64,000 nucleotides of DNA from Penicillus capitatus (taxonomy: Eukaryota > Plantae > Chlorophyta): NCBI GenBank assembly GCA_965649825.1, contig OZ287704.1, forward strand, positions 1 to 64,000. Direction: 5' to 3'. Each line of letters begins with the position of its first letter. Position 1 is the stretch's first letter. A model generated the notes under the pieces. The model was not told the DNA's origin and searched no databases. It saw nothing but the letters and a program-made list of their open reading frames with translations. Of this stretch, positions 1-11,567 are shown piece after piece. The position numbers were made by a program, and so were the translations under genes.

Positions 1-985
1 CGTATCCCTCTACTTCTCGTACATCGGCATCGTGCGGGAGCTCCTTCGCAGCATCAACTGCATCCACGTAGACGAACAGGCAAATCAGGCATCACTGGAG
101 CATCCGTATGCCGCCTACGCCATCCTGGAGGGCCACAGATCTCTCTGGGCCGAAGACACGAGCGTCATCTGCTTCAAAGGGAGCCACCTCCCTGTCGCCA
201 TTGTAGGAGTCCTCGGCCTGTTTGCCGCCATCTGCGGCATCCTGCTGATCATCTTCTGGCTGCCCCTCAATGCCAAGAACCTGACCAAGACAGGATTCGT
301 CTCGCGTTACTGGTTCTTATATCAAGCCTACCGCAAGACGTGGTACACCAATGCCTGGGAGTCCACTATCTTGACGAGGAAGTGTCTCGTTGCTGCCGTA
401 TTGGTGTTCTCGGCGAATCTGGGCGCGAGTCTCCAGGCATCGATGTGCGCCGGCATCCTCGTCATCGCCCACATGCTGCATTCCTGTTTCTGGCCGTTCA
501 GGATTCCAGAACAGTCACAGTTCGTACCCGTCTACGCTGGACGTGTCTTCGAGGTTCTCCGACTGCCGAGAATGGCGAATTTCTGGGTCGATTTCAACAA
601 CTCCGTCCATCTCAATATCTTGGAGTCGGGTTCCCTCTTCTCTTCCATCGTCGTCTTCTTCTCCGCCATCATCCTGCACGACGCCAATGCCTCCGTGGTG
701 GGCCGCAACTTCATGATCGCCTTCACCCTTGCGATCAATCTCACCTTCCTGCTGTTCATACTGTACCGTCTCTACGCCGGTTTGCATGTCCTGCTGGATC
801 TGAAGCTGGAAATCCGCAGCCCGACCTATATGGCGATCCACGAGAACAGGATGTGCATCTGGAGCTTCATATGCAAGGTCGCCGAGATTATCCGAACGAT
901 CAAGAACTGCGAGAGCGATGTCGAATGTGGTAAAGGCGAAGTGACGTCGGAGATGACTCTGTCGAGCATTAACGAAGACGCCTAG
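1..985 (+). CDS. 3' part (multi-pass TM domain) of a Pmp-repeat/Cys-rich/multi-TM surface protein, paralog 1; 5' end lies outside the window
   Basis: The frame is open from base 2 (VSLYFSYIGIVRELLRSINC...LWAEDTSVICFKGSHLP...FVSRYWFLYQAYRKTWY...AWESTILTRK...LNILESGSLFSSI...LYRLYAGLHVLLDLKLE). It is colinear with the C-termini of ORFs 4901-6127, 37534-38802 and 58095-59390. Stop TAG at 983-985. Confidence 0.9.
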   Translation, partial: VSLYFSYIGIVRELLRSINCIHVDEQANQASLEHPYAAYAILEGHRSLWAEDTSVICFKGSHLPVAIVGVLGLFAAICGILLIIFWLPLNAKNLTKTGFVSRYWFLYQAYRKTWYTNAWESTILTRKCLVAAVLVFSANLGASLQASMCAGILVIAHMLHSCFWPFRIPEQSQFVPVYAGRVFEVLRLPRMANFWVDFNNSVHLNILESGSLFSSIVVFFSAIILHDANASVVGRNFMIAFTLAINLTFLLFILYRLYAGLHVLLDLKLEIRSPTYMAIHENRMCIWSFICKVAEIIRTIKNCESDVECGKGEVTSEMTLSSINEDA

Positions 986-1219
986 ATTCATTCGTCCATT
1001 CTCACGTCCAACGCATACGACAAGAAGACAGATGTATGCGCATTCTTTCCTGCGTTCAAGAAGAAGAACCATCAGAGAGCGACATGAGCCCGTGCGTTAT
1101 TACCATAGTTCCTCGCATGGTGCGTTTTCACGACTCTCATAATCTAACCGACAGATGCATTCCCAATTTTTTGTTGATTTTGTTGCGGATCCGACGGAAT
1201 GATACTTTTTAAGGGTCGG

Positions 1220-1568
1220 TCAAGACAGCATGAATGCATGCTCGAACACAGAATGCTTCAAAACGACGAGGCGCTCAGATGCAATCATCGTCATGCGCGC
1301 TGTCGTTCTGATTGATGTCGTCTGTCGTACACGTGCACCTGAACTTGACGAGCATAACCGGGTCACTCTTCTTCGGAGCACCAGGGTGATCTTCCCTCGA
1401 GGCTCTCGGTTCATTAAGGTTTTGGCGAAACGAACTTCTAGGAGAGAACAGACAGGCGTGTCGGGTTTCGAATGGCGTCCGTGTCATGAGTCGACAACGC
1501 ATGTCCTCGATAACCATAGATCGCGTAACTGATCGTAGCAACCGCGATCCTTTCGTCAAGGCAGACAT
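1220..1568 (-). other. possible small unannotated gene divergent from ZNHIT2
   Basis: An ATG at 1568 gives MSALTKGSRLLRSVTRS, which resembles a mitochondrial presequence, and there are intron-like GT...CTCCTAG segments. No recognisable domain. Confidence 0.25.
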
Positions 1569-1612
1569 TGACGTGCTTCGTTTCGGTGTTGTTAATGCTT
1601 TGCATTTTTTGA

Positions 1613-3022
1613 ATGCAGCGACCCGCCTCCGTGTGCAAAGTGTCGGTGATTGATTTGAGGTGGCCGAAGAGTGAGCGTTGTGTGAGAACAGGTGTTGTCG
1701 GCAGTTCTCGAGGTATACATGTCCTCGTTGCAACTGCCCCTACTGCAGCCTCGACTGCTATCGCCAACACAGCGAAGCCTGCACCGAACGGTTCTACAAG
1801 TTCGGCACCTCTTCTGGCGAACCGCGCTCAAGCATGCTCCTCCTCAGGTCGCAGGTGCAGGAGGGCTTGCGCAACACGCGAGCCACCCCGGAAGAGAAAC
1901 GCAAGACAGAGGAGATCCTGGCCCGATTATACGAAGCCTCGTCGTCGTCGGAGTCCGATGACGCAGATATCTTCCATGGACTCTCAGAGGAGCAGATTTA
2001 CCGTCTTAAAGAGGTGCACCTCTACAGTTGCGAGACAGTACGCAAAGTGAAGGAACGAGTAGACGTGTGAAGGAGACGGAGAGGCAGATGTTGGTCATCT
2101 GGTGCCCGAATCGCTGTTGGCTTCCTTCCATCACCAGCTTCAGACCGGTTTCTCTTCGGATGTGATGCCGATCTTTACGCCGTGGTGGGAGAAGGCGGAT
2201 GCAGCGGAAGTGCAACTCTCGACTTCAGGGACATCATTGGTGGCAAGGTTGGACGAAGCAGCTTCCTCCCGGTCACAAGGTCGACCATCTCCACCCCGCA
2301 AACCGATACCGGCATTCGAAGCTCTGCACAAGGGGCCCGTTTCTGCCACGGTTCCACGGCAGCTGTTGCAGATTCTGTGAGAAACCTGATGCAACGACCA
2401 TCGGAAGGAATCTTGCAGCTGGGTGACTGTTGTAGATATGTCTACGCCTTTGTGTTGAGGAAATACAATGGCGATTGGGAATGGGATGCGACGCAGGTGG
2501 GTCTTCTCTGGACGTCACTCTGTTCGTGTTTCGACCGAAACAGATCGCAACTGGAGAGCTGTGCCGTCGTTGTGCAGGACCTCATGACATCGCTCTTGGC
2601 CGCTCCCGTTGGCCACCCCGACAACAAGTGCGGCCAGAGACACTCTCGCGAGTTCTCACTTCGCAGCGTGCAGGGTCATGGCCCTCTGCGTTCTGAAGGA
2701 CGTGACAAGGATGCTGTCCGTCGGCCGATGCGTCGTAATCCTGGCGCTGTGCGATGTCCAGCGCATGGCGCGTTCGTGCCTGAAACGTCACACATCCAAC
2801 GAGGGATCTCACGCTTCTGGAGACTCGAATGCGACACGCAGTCGCGCTTTACTTAAGGCCGGCCAGCACAAAATCACGTTCCTAATGTCCTGGACCAACA
2901 CGTCCGCCCACGACCAGCAGATTCGGGATCTCGCACGTCAAACCCTGTTCGAATATGCCCGACGTTGCAGCTACCGTGAGACACAGACGTCAGAAACCTG
3001 TACACTACAGTTAAGGGATTAA
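1613..3022 (+). CDS. ZNHIT2: zinc finger HIT domain protein (ZNHIT2-like), multi-exon
   Basis: Splicing GT-AG intron 1642-1691 gives [46 protein letters not shown], a zf-HIT Cys pattern. The last exon has [15 protein letters not shown], similar to the ZNHIT2 C-terminal motif. Stop TAA at 3020-3022. Confidence 0.75.
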
Positions 3023-3549
3023 GGCCGCCTTTGTTCTTCGTTCTCTTTCCAAATCGATCCTCCCTCGAAGAACTCTTTCTTCCAGATCGGCACCTTCGCC
3101 TTCACCTCGTCGATCGCCCAGGAGCATGCCTAACACAACGACCCAGTGACAATGCCTAGCGTGCGACCGCACTGACCTCGAGTGCCTCGCGTCGGTGGGG
3201 AGAGGAGACGGCGATGATGACACTGGGCTCTCCCACGTGGACCGTTCCGACTCGATGCGCCAGAGACACTTTACAGATGTCCCATTTCCTCAGCATCGTT
3301 CCACAGAGACTCTAATCTTCCGAGGATCACGTTCCGGGTGGTCTGCCCTCCATGTCCTACTTCCATCAGGCTCGTGGCCATTTCGGGATAGGCCTCGTAT
3401 TCGAGCTTCGTCACGCCGCGTCCCTCGAAGCTATCTCGCGTGACTCCGGTGAACGTGGCGATGGCTCCGGCCGAGGGTTCGGAGACGAACGACGTATAGC
3501 GCTCCATGCGCAACGGCTCCTCCTCGATTTCGACCAACACTCGACTCAT
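3019..3549 (-). CDS. MOCS2: molybdopterin synthase catalytic subunit (MoaE/MOCS2B/CNX6), multi-exon
   Basis: [13 protein letters not shown]...[32 protein letters not shown]; later exons give [20 protein letters not shown] and [28 protein letters not shown], all MoaE signature motifs. An alternative ATG lies at 3564. Confidence 0.92.
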
Positions 3550-3562
3550 CTCGTCAAATCGC

Positions 3563-4123
3563 ATGATGGCCCGCTGCTCGTTGCGTCTGGCCACTAGGGA
3601 AGGCCATTTTCTTCGCCGTCCTTTGCATTCTGCCCCCAATCCTCGGCGGCGTGCCGCGTGTCTGAGTGTGCGGAGTGAGATCTCCTATGTCATGGTCAAG
3701 CCAGACGGCGTTCAGCGCGGCCTCGTCGGCGAGATCGTGTCGCGGTTCGAACACAAGGGTTACAAACTCAAGGGCCTCAAGATGATGCAGTGTCCGCGCG
3801 AATTGGCCGAGCAGCATTACGTGGAGCTGCAAGACAAGCCCTTCTATCCCAAACTCGTGGACTACATCACGTCGGGGCCCGTCGTCTGTATGGCACTGGA
3901 AGGGAATGGCGTTGTCCGAGGGGCCAGAAATCTCATCGGCGTGACCGATCCAACCGAGGCCGCCGCCGGAACCATTCGAGGCGACTTTGCGATCGACAAA
4001 GGACGCAACGTCGTCCACGGCAGCGATTCGCCAGAGAACGGCATTCGGGAAATGGAGCTTTGGTTTCAGCCAGAAGAGATTGTTCAATGGGATCAGACCA
4101 ATGCACCGTGGATCGAAGAATGA
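3563..4123 (+). CDS. NDK: nucleoside diphosphate kinase with N-terminal organellar (probably plastid) transit peptide; intronless
   Basis: SYVMVKPDGVQRGLVGEIVSRFE...PGTIRGDF-like AGTIRGDF and GRNVVHGSDS (catalytic His). The roughly 35-aa Arg/Ser-rich N-terminal extension looks like a transit peptide. Confidence 0.97.
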   Translation: MMARCSLRLATREGHFLRRPLHSAPNPRRRAACLSVRSEISYVMVKPDGVQRGLVGEIVSRFEHKGYKLKGLKMMQCPRELAEQHYVELQDKPFYPKLVDYITSGPVVCMALEGNGVVRGARNLIGVTDPTEAAAGTIRGDFAIDKGRNVVHGSDSPENGIREMELWFQPEEIVQWDQTNAPWIEE

Positions 4124-4145
4124 GTGAGGCGACGGTCCGCGGGCG

Positions 4146-4720
4146 TCAATCGTACTCGAGTTCGCTCGGCATGATGGGTGCGTCACACGGAATCATCGAC
4201 TCTTTATTTTTGTCGCGCCTCATGGCACGGCGCATGTCCAGTCCATCTTCTGTCCCATTGTAATAGAGCAGCACTCTCCGGTAGACAACGTAGCCCAACT
4301 GTTGGTACATCTGAATGGCCACGGTGTTCGAGGCGCGCACGAACAGATCGACGAAGAATCCTTCGTGCACCGTCTCGGTGATGTCCTCGAGCAGAGCCAT
4401 GAGCTTGCGGGCGAGTTTCAGTCGGCGATACTCGGCCGCCACGGAGATGGCCGTGACGTGCCCATGCCAATTCTGCCTCTCTCCTTCGGCCTTGCCTAGA
4501 AGAGCCATGCGTTCGACGCAGGTCAGACCGTCACAGAGTGCTTGCCCAAGACGTAGCTGGTCATCTGCTGGCCTGGTCCCTCGGCGGCAATGCACATCTC
4601 GGGCCATGTGGCGAGGTATTGAAGGTAGAATTGGAGATTGTAGGTCTCGGTCAGGTGGTCCAAGTTGACGTGGTTGAAACGAAAGAGATCCTCGCAGCGA
4701 AAACGGCGCAGCGTCGTCAT
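4146..4720 (-). CDS. NAA20: N-terminal acetyltransferase B catalytic subunit (NAA20/NAT5), 2 exons
   Basis: MTTLRRFRCEDLFRFNHVNLDHLTETYNLQFYLQYLATWPE, then a GC-AG intron at 4496-4545, then GKAEGERQNWHGHVTAISVAAEYRR...FVDLFVRASNTVAIQMY. Confidence 0.96.
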
Positions 4721-4900
4721 GGCGATGCGTTTGCGCTGAGAATGCCGACATCTGTGGCCTAATGCTCAAATCTATAACAATGATGCCCCATCGCGTCCAC
4801 GGAGAACAGCAACCGCACGGTGAACTGAACCAGTCCCATCCCGCAATCATAACTTGGTCTGAGAAGCGCACATGTCTAGCATGAACGATGAGAATCGGGT

Positions 4901-7900
4901 TTAAGGGGGGACGGAATGCTCAGAGGACTGATCTGCCGAGACTGCGGAATGATCTGATGCGTCTCCTCCCACACATGTCCGACCATAGAAGGCGGTCAAC
5001 ACGAGGACTTTTCTGCTCAGACTGATGACATCCATGCGTCTCTCCTGCCTGGGAGAGATCTTCAGATTGTGCACTTCAAGTTTCAGGTCGACCACGATGA
5101 GGAGTCCACAGTAGAGACGATACAACCCATAGAGCAAGAACCCGATGTTCACGGCAAACGTAAAGATGATCATGCTGACGCGGCCTGGAGAAGTGGCCGA
5201 CGTATCATGGAGTACGATAGCAGCGAAGAACATAGTGATGGATGCGAAGAGCGACATCGATTCGAGGACATTGAGATCGATGGCATTGCTCATCTTGACC
5301 CAGGTGGCCGCCCATCCCGGCAAACGAATCAGCCGAAAAGTGCCGCCTGCATACTCGGGAGTGTTTTGGTGCTCCTCTGGGACTTTGAATGGCAAAATGA
5401 GTGAATGCAATGTGTGACAGATGACAAGGATGCCGACACACATCGCTGCTTGTAGTGTCGGTTCCAGATGAACGGCAAAGACGATGACGGTGGCGATCAG
5501 TGTTTTGCGGGCAAGGATGATCGATTCCCAGCCGTTTGTGTACCACTTCTTGCGGTAGGCTTGATAGAGAAACCAGTAACGGGCAACGAACTCCGTCTTG
5601 CGTCGGTTTCTTCCGTTGAGCGGCAGCCAGACAGCGATCCAGACGATGACGCAGAGCAGAAAGAACAGACCGACGATACCCGCAATGCCCACCGCCAGAT
5701 GTCTCCCCTCGTAACAAACCAGATTTGTATCTTCTGCCCAGACGTGTTGACCGACCGCCTCCGTAGCGTACTGCAGGTAAGGGTGGTCTGGGGAGAGGTC
5801 GGCATGGGAAGCCTGGATCTCGACGCAGTTGATGGCTCGGAGGAATTCTCGCGCAAGATCGATGTAGGAGAAGTAGAGAGCGACGATGCAGATGATGATG
5901 ACATAGGTGAAGAATCGCTGTCGAGCTTCCGCATCTGGCAGGCTGCTATTTCCCGACCGCATTCTGAGCAGATTGGTTACGAGACAGGCGAGCAGCAGCA
6001 CCAGCAAAAGGGCGACCAGAACGATCGCTGGTGTGCTGAGATGCAGCCACAGGGCGTTGGCGGAAGATGAGGTGTGATCTGCTTCGAAATGACATTCGTA
6101 TGGAACGGAGACAAGGAAGTTGGACAACCCGCCAAGACATCCTGGATGACACGTCCGTCACATCAGGGGCAGGGAGAGAGACAGAACCTTGCAGTTTAAG
6201 CAGTCCTTTCAGCACAGAATTCCAGTCCGTCTGCAGCCGCAAAGCGATGCTCGTCACTTGCAGATAGTTAATCAACAGCTGGAAAACGACAGTCGTGAAT
6301 GTGGCTGTCTGCCTCGTTGCCTGGCTTCTCACTTTGAGTGTTTCCGTTAGCTGAACGGTGGCGATGAGCTGCTTTGCAAAAATCTGCTGTGTATTGACGG
6401 TCACCGTTCCTGATTCGGCTGATCCATCTGCACAGCGATCGTTGGAGATGCCGTGGATGAAATGCACACCTGTGCGCTGCGAAGACTGCGGGGAATGGTC
6501 TTGTCGAGAGCTCGTCGTAGCCAACTGCTGAATCCCCCTCGGTCGCGTCCTCGTCACACATCGTAGCTCGTGTTTGACCAACTCAACGCGACTGTTCATG
6601 GACATCAGTGTCACGAGGCAATTCGCCCCGATCAGTATAAAGAGATATCCGCAGCTCAGCAGTAGCTGAAGGCTATTCTTGAAGTTCCCTTCGGGGCACT
6701 CTTTGCATTTTCGCGAATAAGTGTGACCGTAACCGTCTTGACATGACCCACAGAGCGGACCTTCATATCCTGTGGAGCACTGCTGATAATCCGCTGTCTC
6801 CATCGCCGTACTCTCTTGCCCATCCCGCCCGTCAAGGGCGTTCAGGTAAGATTGCAGTCTGGCACCGTCTTCGTAGAAGGCTACCAGACGTGCGCTTCTG
6901 CCATTGTAGGTGCAGGCATCTGGTTCGATGCACTGACGAAAGACAGGCGAGAAAGGAGTGGAGTGCCAGTATCCGTTCTTTGGCACCAGAGCCGCACCTC
7001 CACTGCATTCGGCGTTCTTCTCACAGCTCTCACACTTTTCCAGAAAGGGATCAAATCCGTACTGGTCGTGTGGGCACCTCTGGCAGATATTGACCTGATT
7101 GATCTCGCCTGGATAACACTCTCTGGTGGACAGCCCGACGTCGAGTCGGATACTCCGATCGCGTTCGCTGACGATCGTGAGTGTGGTGGAGACGTTGATA
7201 CCCCAGGCGGCTGTGTTGTTGATCACAGCAATGCCATTCGCTGCTCTGTACCTGAGGTCCCCAACCACGGCGTCCGACACCAGCACGATTTCCAGATTGG
7301 CATCGTCGACGCCTCGAACAATCGTCTGATTAAAGATGTCCTTCACCAGAATTCTGAGCTCCCGCGAGCATGACGCATTACGGGTGTCTTGGCAGGGAAT
7401 CCTCAACTCCTTTCCACTGGCGACGCGTTTCAACGGTCCGTTCCATCCTTCGATCACTAACGAGACGACATTGGTGGCGGCATCGGCCTCGTGAGCTACC
7501 CCATCATCCGATATCTCGTTAGCGGAGATATTCGAGCAGTACGATAAAAGCGATTCAGCTCTTGGAAGACTCCCTGTGAAGTTACGAGCGGTGACATGAG
7601 GCGCGTCGTCAGCACAAGCGACGGCAATTCCTTCCGGCAGACTTGAAAAGACGCCTCCTGCATAATCGGCTCTGTTCCGAGTTACCGTCACATTGGAGAA
7701 GACGAAGATCTGACAAGCGTCCAGACCGATAGCTATGGGGAAGCATGATTTTCTGTGGCCTTGATTCCAGTAGAGTGGATTCATGAACGCAGCAATAGCA
7801 CCTGGAGAGAACGATGAAGAAAGGTCGTTTCTTTACATAGGAAGGTACCTCCTACGACGGCCTCGTTCTCCATAAGCAGAAGATTGCCGAAAATCACTTC

Positions 7901-10062
7901 GACGGCCGTAAACAGCTGCACGTCCAAGAAGGATACACCAATGCCGCCTCCGAATCCCTCTTTCGCATTGGTTATGTACTCGAGCAGTGAAAAATTCCCC
8001 AGATGCCTCGAATAGTTCGGCGCCCGTTCGTGCTCGAAAGATAGTGGCGTGTAGCGTTGACTGGCATCCTCTAACGCCTTTATTTCTGAGGAATCGACCG
8101 GCAGTGCTCGGTTGTTGATAAACAAGCTGTCCGTAATCTGCATGACAGATTCAGTATGGGCATCTACGAATTGTGCACTTCACTTGCAAAAGAAGAAGTG
8201 GGTATAGTCCAGCACGAAAGTATAGACCGCCTCCTGTCACAGCCGTGTTGTTTCGAAAAATCGTTGGCCGCAGATCATCGGACACCACGTAAAAGGCAAC
8301 GACGCTCGCGATATGCATGCCGCCGCCAACATAGGCACGGTTGTTCTCGATAAGGAGGCCATGCAGCACAGCGACTCCGGTGCTTTCCTGGATGGTCATT
8401 GCACCTCCGCTGCGCATGGCCACATTGTCACGGAAGACCAAAGCGGCGAGATTAGTATCGCCTAGGCACATCGATCATCTGCTTGCTGAAGGAGAGATCG
8501 ATGCACTTACCTGCACTGTCAGAAAAGAGCCCTCCACCATAAAGGGCCGTCGAATTCTCGATGTAGCTGAGAAGTGATTTGTCTTCTGGGTCGGTGTCGA
8601 AATTCAGTATGGCATTCTGGTTCACCTCAATGGATCCACCGTAGAGAGCTCTACTGTGCAAGAAGGTCGTGTTGACGATAGTGAGATGCGAGGTGTCTTG
8701 GGAAATCGATCCACCTCTTCTCATAGCGATGTTCGATCTAAAGGTGCAGGTGGAGATTCTGTGCGGCCCCGTCACAGCTGAGAAGGAGCGAAAACTGAGG
8801 GCTCCGCCGTTGACGGCAACGTTGTCCAGGAAGGATATGTTCTTGAGCGTCCAAGCTCGAGAAGATGAATCCAGAGCTTCATGAGCAAGTGCCCCGCCGA
8901 CGTGCGGCGCCCGCAGAAAAGGCTCTGGCAGCTCAAAGCCATGCTGTGTCTCGCAAATAGCTGCATTTCGTTCAAAACGGGAATCGTCTATTCTGTATCT
9001 CCTCGCGATCTCGGACATATCCATTTGATTGCATAGCACAGCAATGGCACCCCCTCCTCGACAGCCGAGATTGTCTGAAAAGACAGATCGGCGGATGGAG
9101 ATTTCCATAGGACTGTGCGCAAAAACGGCACCGCCACGGCCGGCTTCGAGCGATGAAAAATTAAACAAATCCAGTGGACCAGCGTTTAAAGCTATCTCTT
9201 CTCCTTCTTCCGATCCAGCAGTATTGTTCTCAAATGTGGACCCCTCGATCGTCAATGTCGTATTCTGTGAGTTTCGGAAATAGACGGCGCCTCCAGTGAC
9301 GACGGCCGTGTTCTTGGAAAAGGTGGATTGGTTGATGACGATATCCGCATCCTCTGCGAAGATCGCCCCGCCCTTAGAGGCTCGGTTATGTTCGAATGTA
9401 CAGGATTGGAATCGGAGAACGGGTGATGCTGGACACACGTTATCAGCCGCACAGGCCTCTGCTCGGACAGCTGCTCCATGAATCTCGCCTTCTGTTGCGC
9501 CGTTGTGTGAGAAATGCACATTCTCAAATGTGGCTCTCACTCTTCGACGTCTGCCACGCTCGACGACGACGGCCTCTTCGGTACAGTGAGTGAAATACAG
9601 AGAGGATATTCGTGTGTGACCTCGCCTGTGTAAGACAACGTCCTCTCACGAAAGTGTGAGACAAAATCGAAGACGTACTGGATTCTCAACGCGTTCCGCT
9701 GTGCTCTGCGGGGACACCGAACGACGACAGGTGTCTCGCGCGCGGCTTTGAGTGTGACATTGCGCACAGCGATGATAAGAGTGTCCGTTAAAGCGATTTC
9801 CGCGGCGTCCACAGCGACGGTCTGTCCTGTCCGCAAAGTTAGCAACGCTTGTCGAAGCTCCGTTTCCGTTCGAACGGTAACAACCTGCGCATTCTCCTCC
9901 CGAAAACGCTCTCCTTGACGCACTACATTTTAAAGAAATCGACGCTCTCAGTCTGTATCACTGCACGACGAGCACGCACGAACCTCTCTGCGATAGAGAT
10001 AGGGGAAGGACAAAGAGGAGAAGCAATGCACAGCGGTAGTGTGTAACAGGCATCATGAGCAT
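4901..10062 (-). CDS. Pmp-repeat beta-helix / Cys-rich / multi-TM surface protein, paralog 2 (full length, multi-exon)
   Basis: Signal-peptide-like exon MLMMPVTHYRCALLLLFVLPLSLSQR at 10062. Repeated FxxN...GGA[I/V] motifs in 8452-9540. Cys-rich CYPGE...GYWHSTPFSP...CSTGYEGPLCGSC in 5946-7784, then LLINYLQVTSIALRLQTDW and the TM domain in 4901-6127. Confidence 0.88.
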
Positions 10063-11567
10063 GGCTTTCTGGAAGTGGACGTTGAGGGGATGCCCCTAAA
10101 CTGTTCGCAGAGAACACGTCCGATACGTTGGTGTACGAAATCTTTGTCAGCATAAGTGTCGTTGTCGCAACGGATATCGGACAATAACATGAGATGCAAC
10201 CGTCGAGTGAGTTCAAACGTACAAGGCTTCCTTCGCCTGCGACGTTTTAGGAAACTCTGTAGAAAGCCCCAAGCGAAGTGTGTAAAGTTCTTACTGAACT
10301 TCGTCATATCGCTCACTTCCATCGGTTTCTAAGAGAGCTTGAAACGTGACTCGACTATTTTCCGAAAAACGGCGACATGAGTTCTAACGTCGCTATTTGA
10401 TGATGTCTAAGCGTGACACAACAGAGAGAAATTGGATACAAATCTCATCCACCGAAATGAATAATTGTAAATCGAAATGGGGCATAGTAAAACATACTTA
10501 GACATGCGCAACGAGAGATTGAAAGTTGTCTGTTCGTTTTGCACAATGCTACTTTTGGAAACTAAAGTATCTATTGGCCGATTCGAAAATTAAACAGGCC
10601 ATGATAAGAACCCACTTCAGTTTTTGCCGAAACCAGTCCTTGAGATCCTTGGATTCAGTGAAATCGGCAAAATGCCTTGTCACTTTTCGTCGAGATAGCC
10701 TTGAGCGATACAAAATAGACTTCGAACAGAAACCCTGTACTCATTCATTATGTGTTTTATTAACATGTTCTAATTCAAAGTTAAAAGCCAGCACGAAAAG
10801 TTGAAGAGAAGTACGCATAGACGGATCTGATGACACGTCGAGAATCGAGGCCGGAAACAAACTAACCGAACGCCGCTTTGGAGTTTGAAAACGATTATTG
10901 ATGACGCAGAGAATCTTGTGAGGCATGTGAAGCGTTCCACTGTATCAAGCCCGTCATGAAATGAGACCGCTTTGTGAAATGTTTCGAACCCACTTTGGCA
11001 TTTTGCAAGTCAGGTAGGCAGATGTCAGTTCTCTTCAACTCATTAAAATTCGCTTTGTTTGGTTTTCGATATTCAATTCGCACTTTCTATATTGATTAGG
11101 AAGATTTCATACCGATTCTAAAAACGACAATTTACTTTGAAACGTTTCAACAACGGTTGGCGATGTACAAACCGAAATTGCTGTCTTTCAAAGTGGTCCA
11201 ACCACGTTTTACAACAAGTTTGAAAATAACCGATACAATCTTGCCTATTTAAGCGGTTTGGTTCTTGCAATCATACATCAGTTCACTCAGATTCTTGGCC
11301 GTTGCCGAATCGGACTCGATCGCGCGGTTCGTCAACCCGTGGTCGATGTCACTGTCTGTTGAACGACCTCGAATGACAGGCACAGGGTGAGAAATCGCAG
11401 TACCAGGTGTCAACGGATTCTCGAATCGGGACCACGGAAGGACTCCGACCCTCACAGCATTCACAACTCCTCTTATCGCGCCACTCTCGATGACACGTCT
11501 CTGAATTCACTTTCTTAAACTTATATTAAAAGAATGACGACCAGAATGTTGTGTGCGATTCTCGGCC

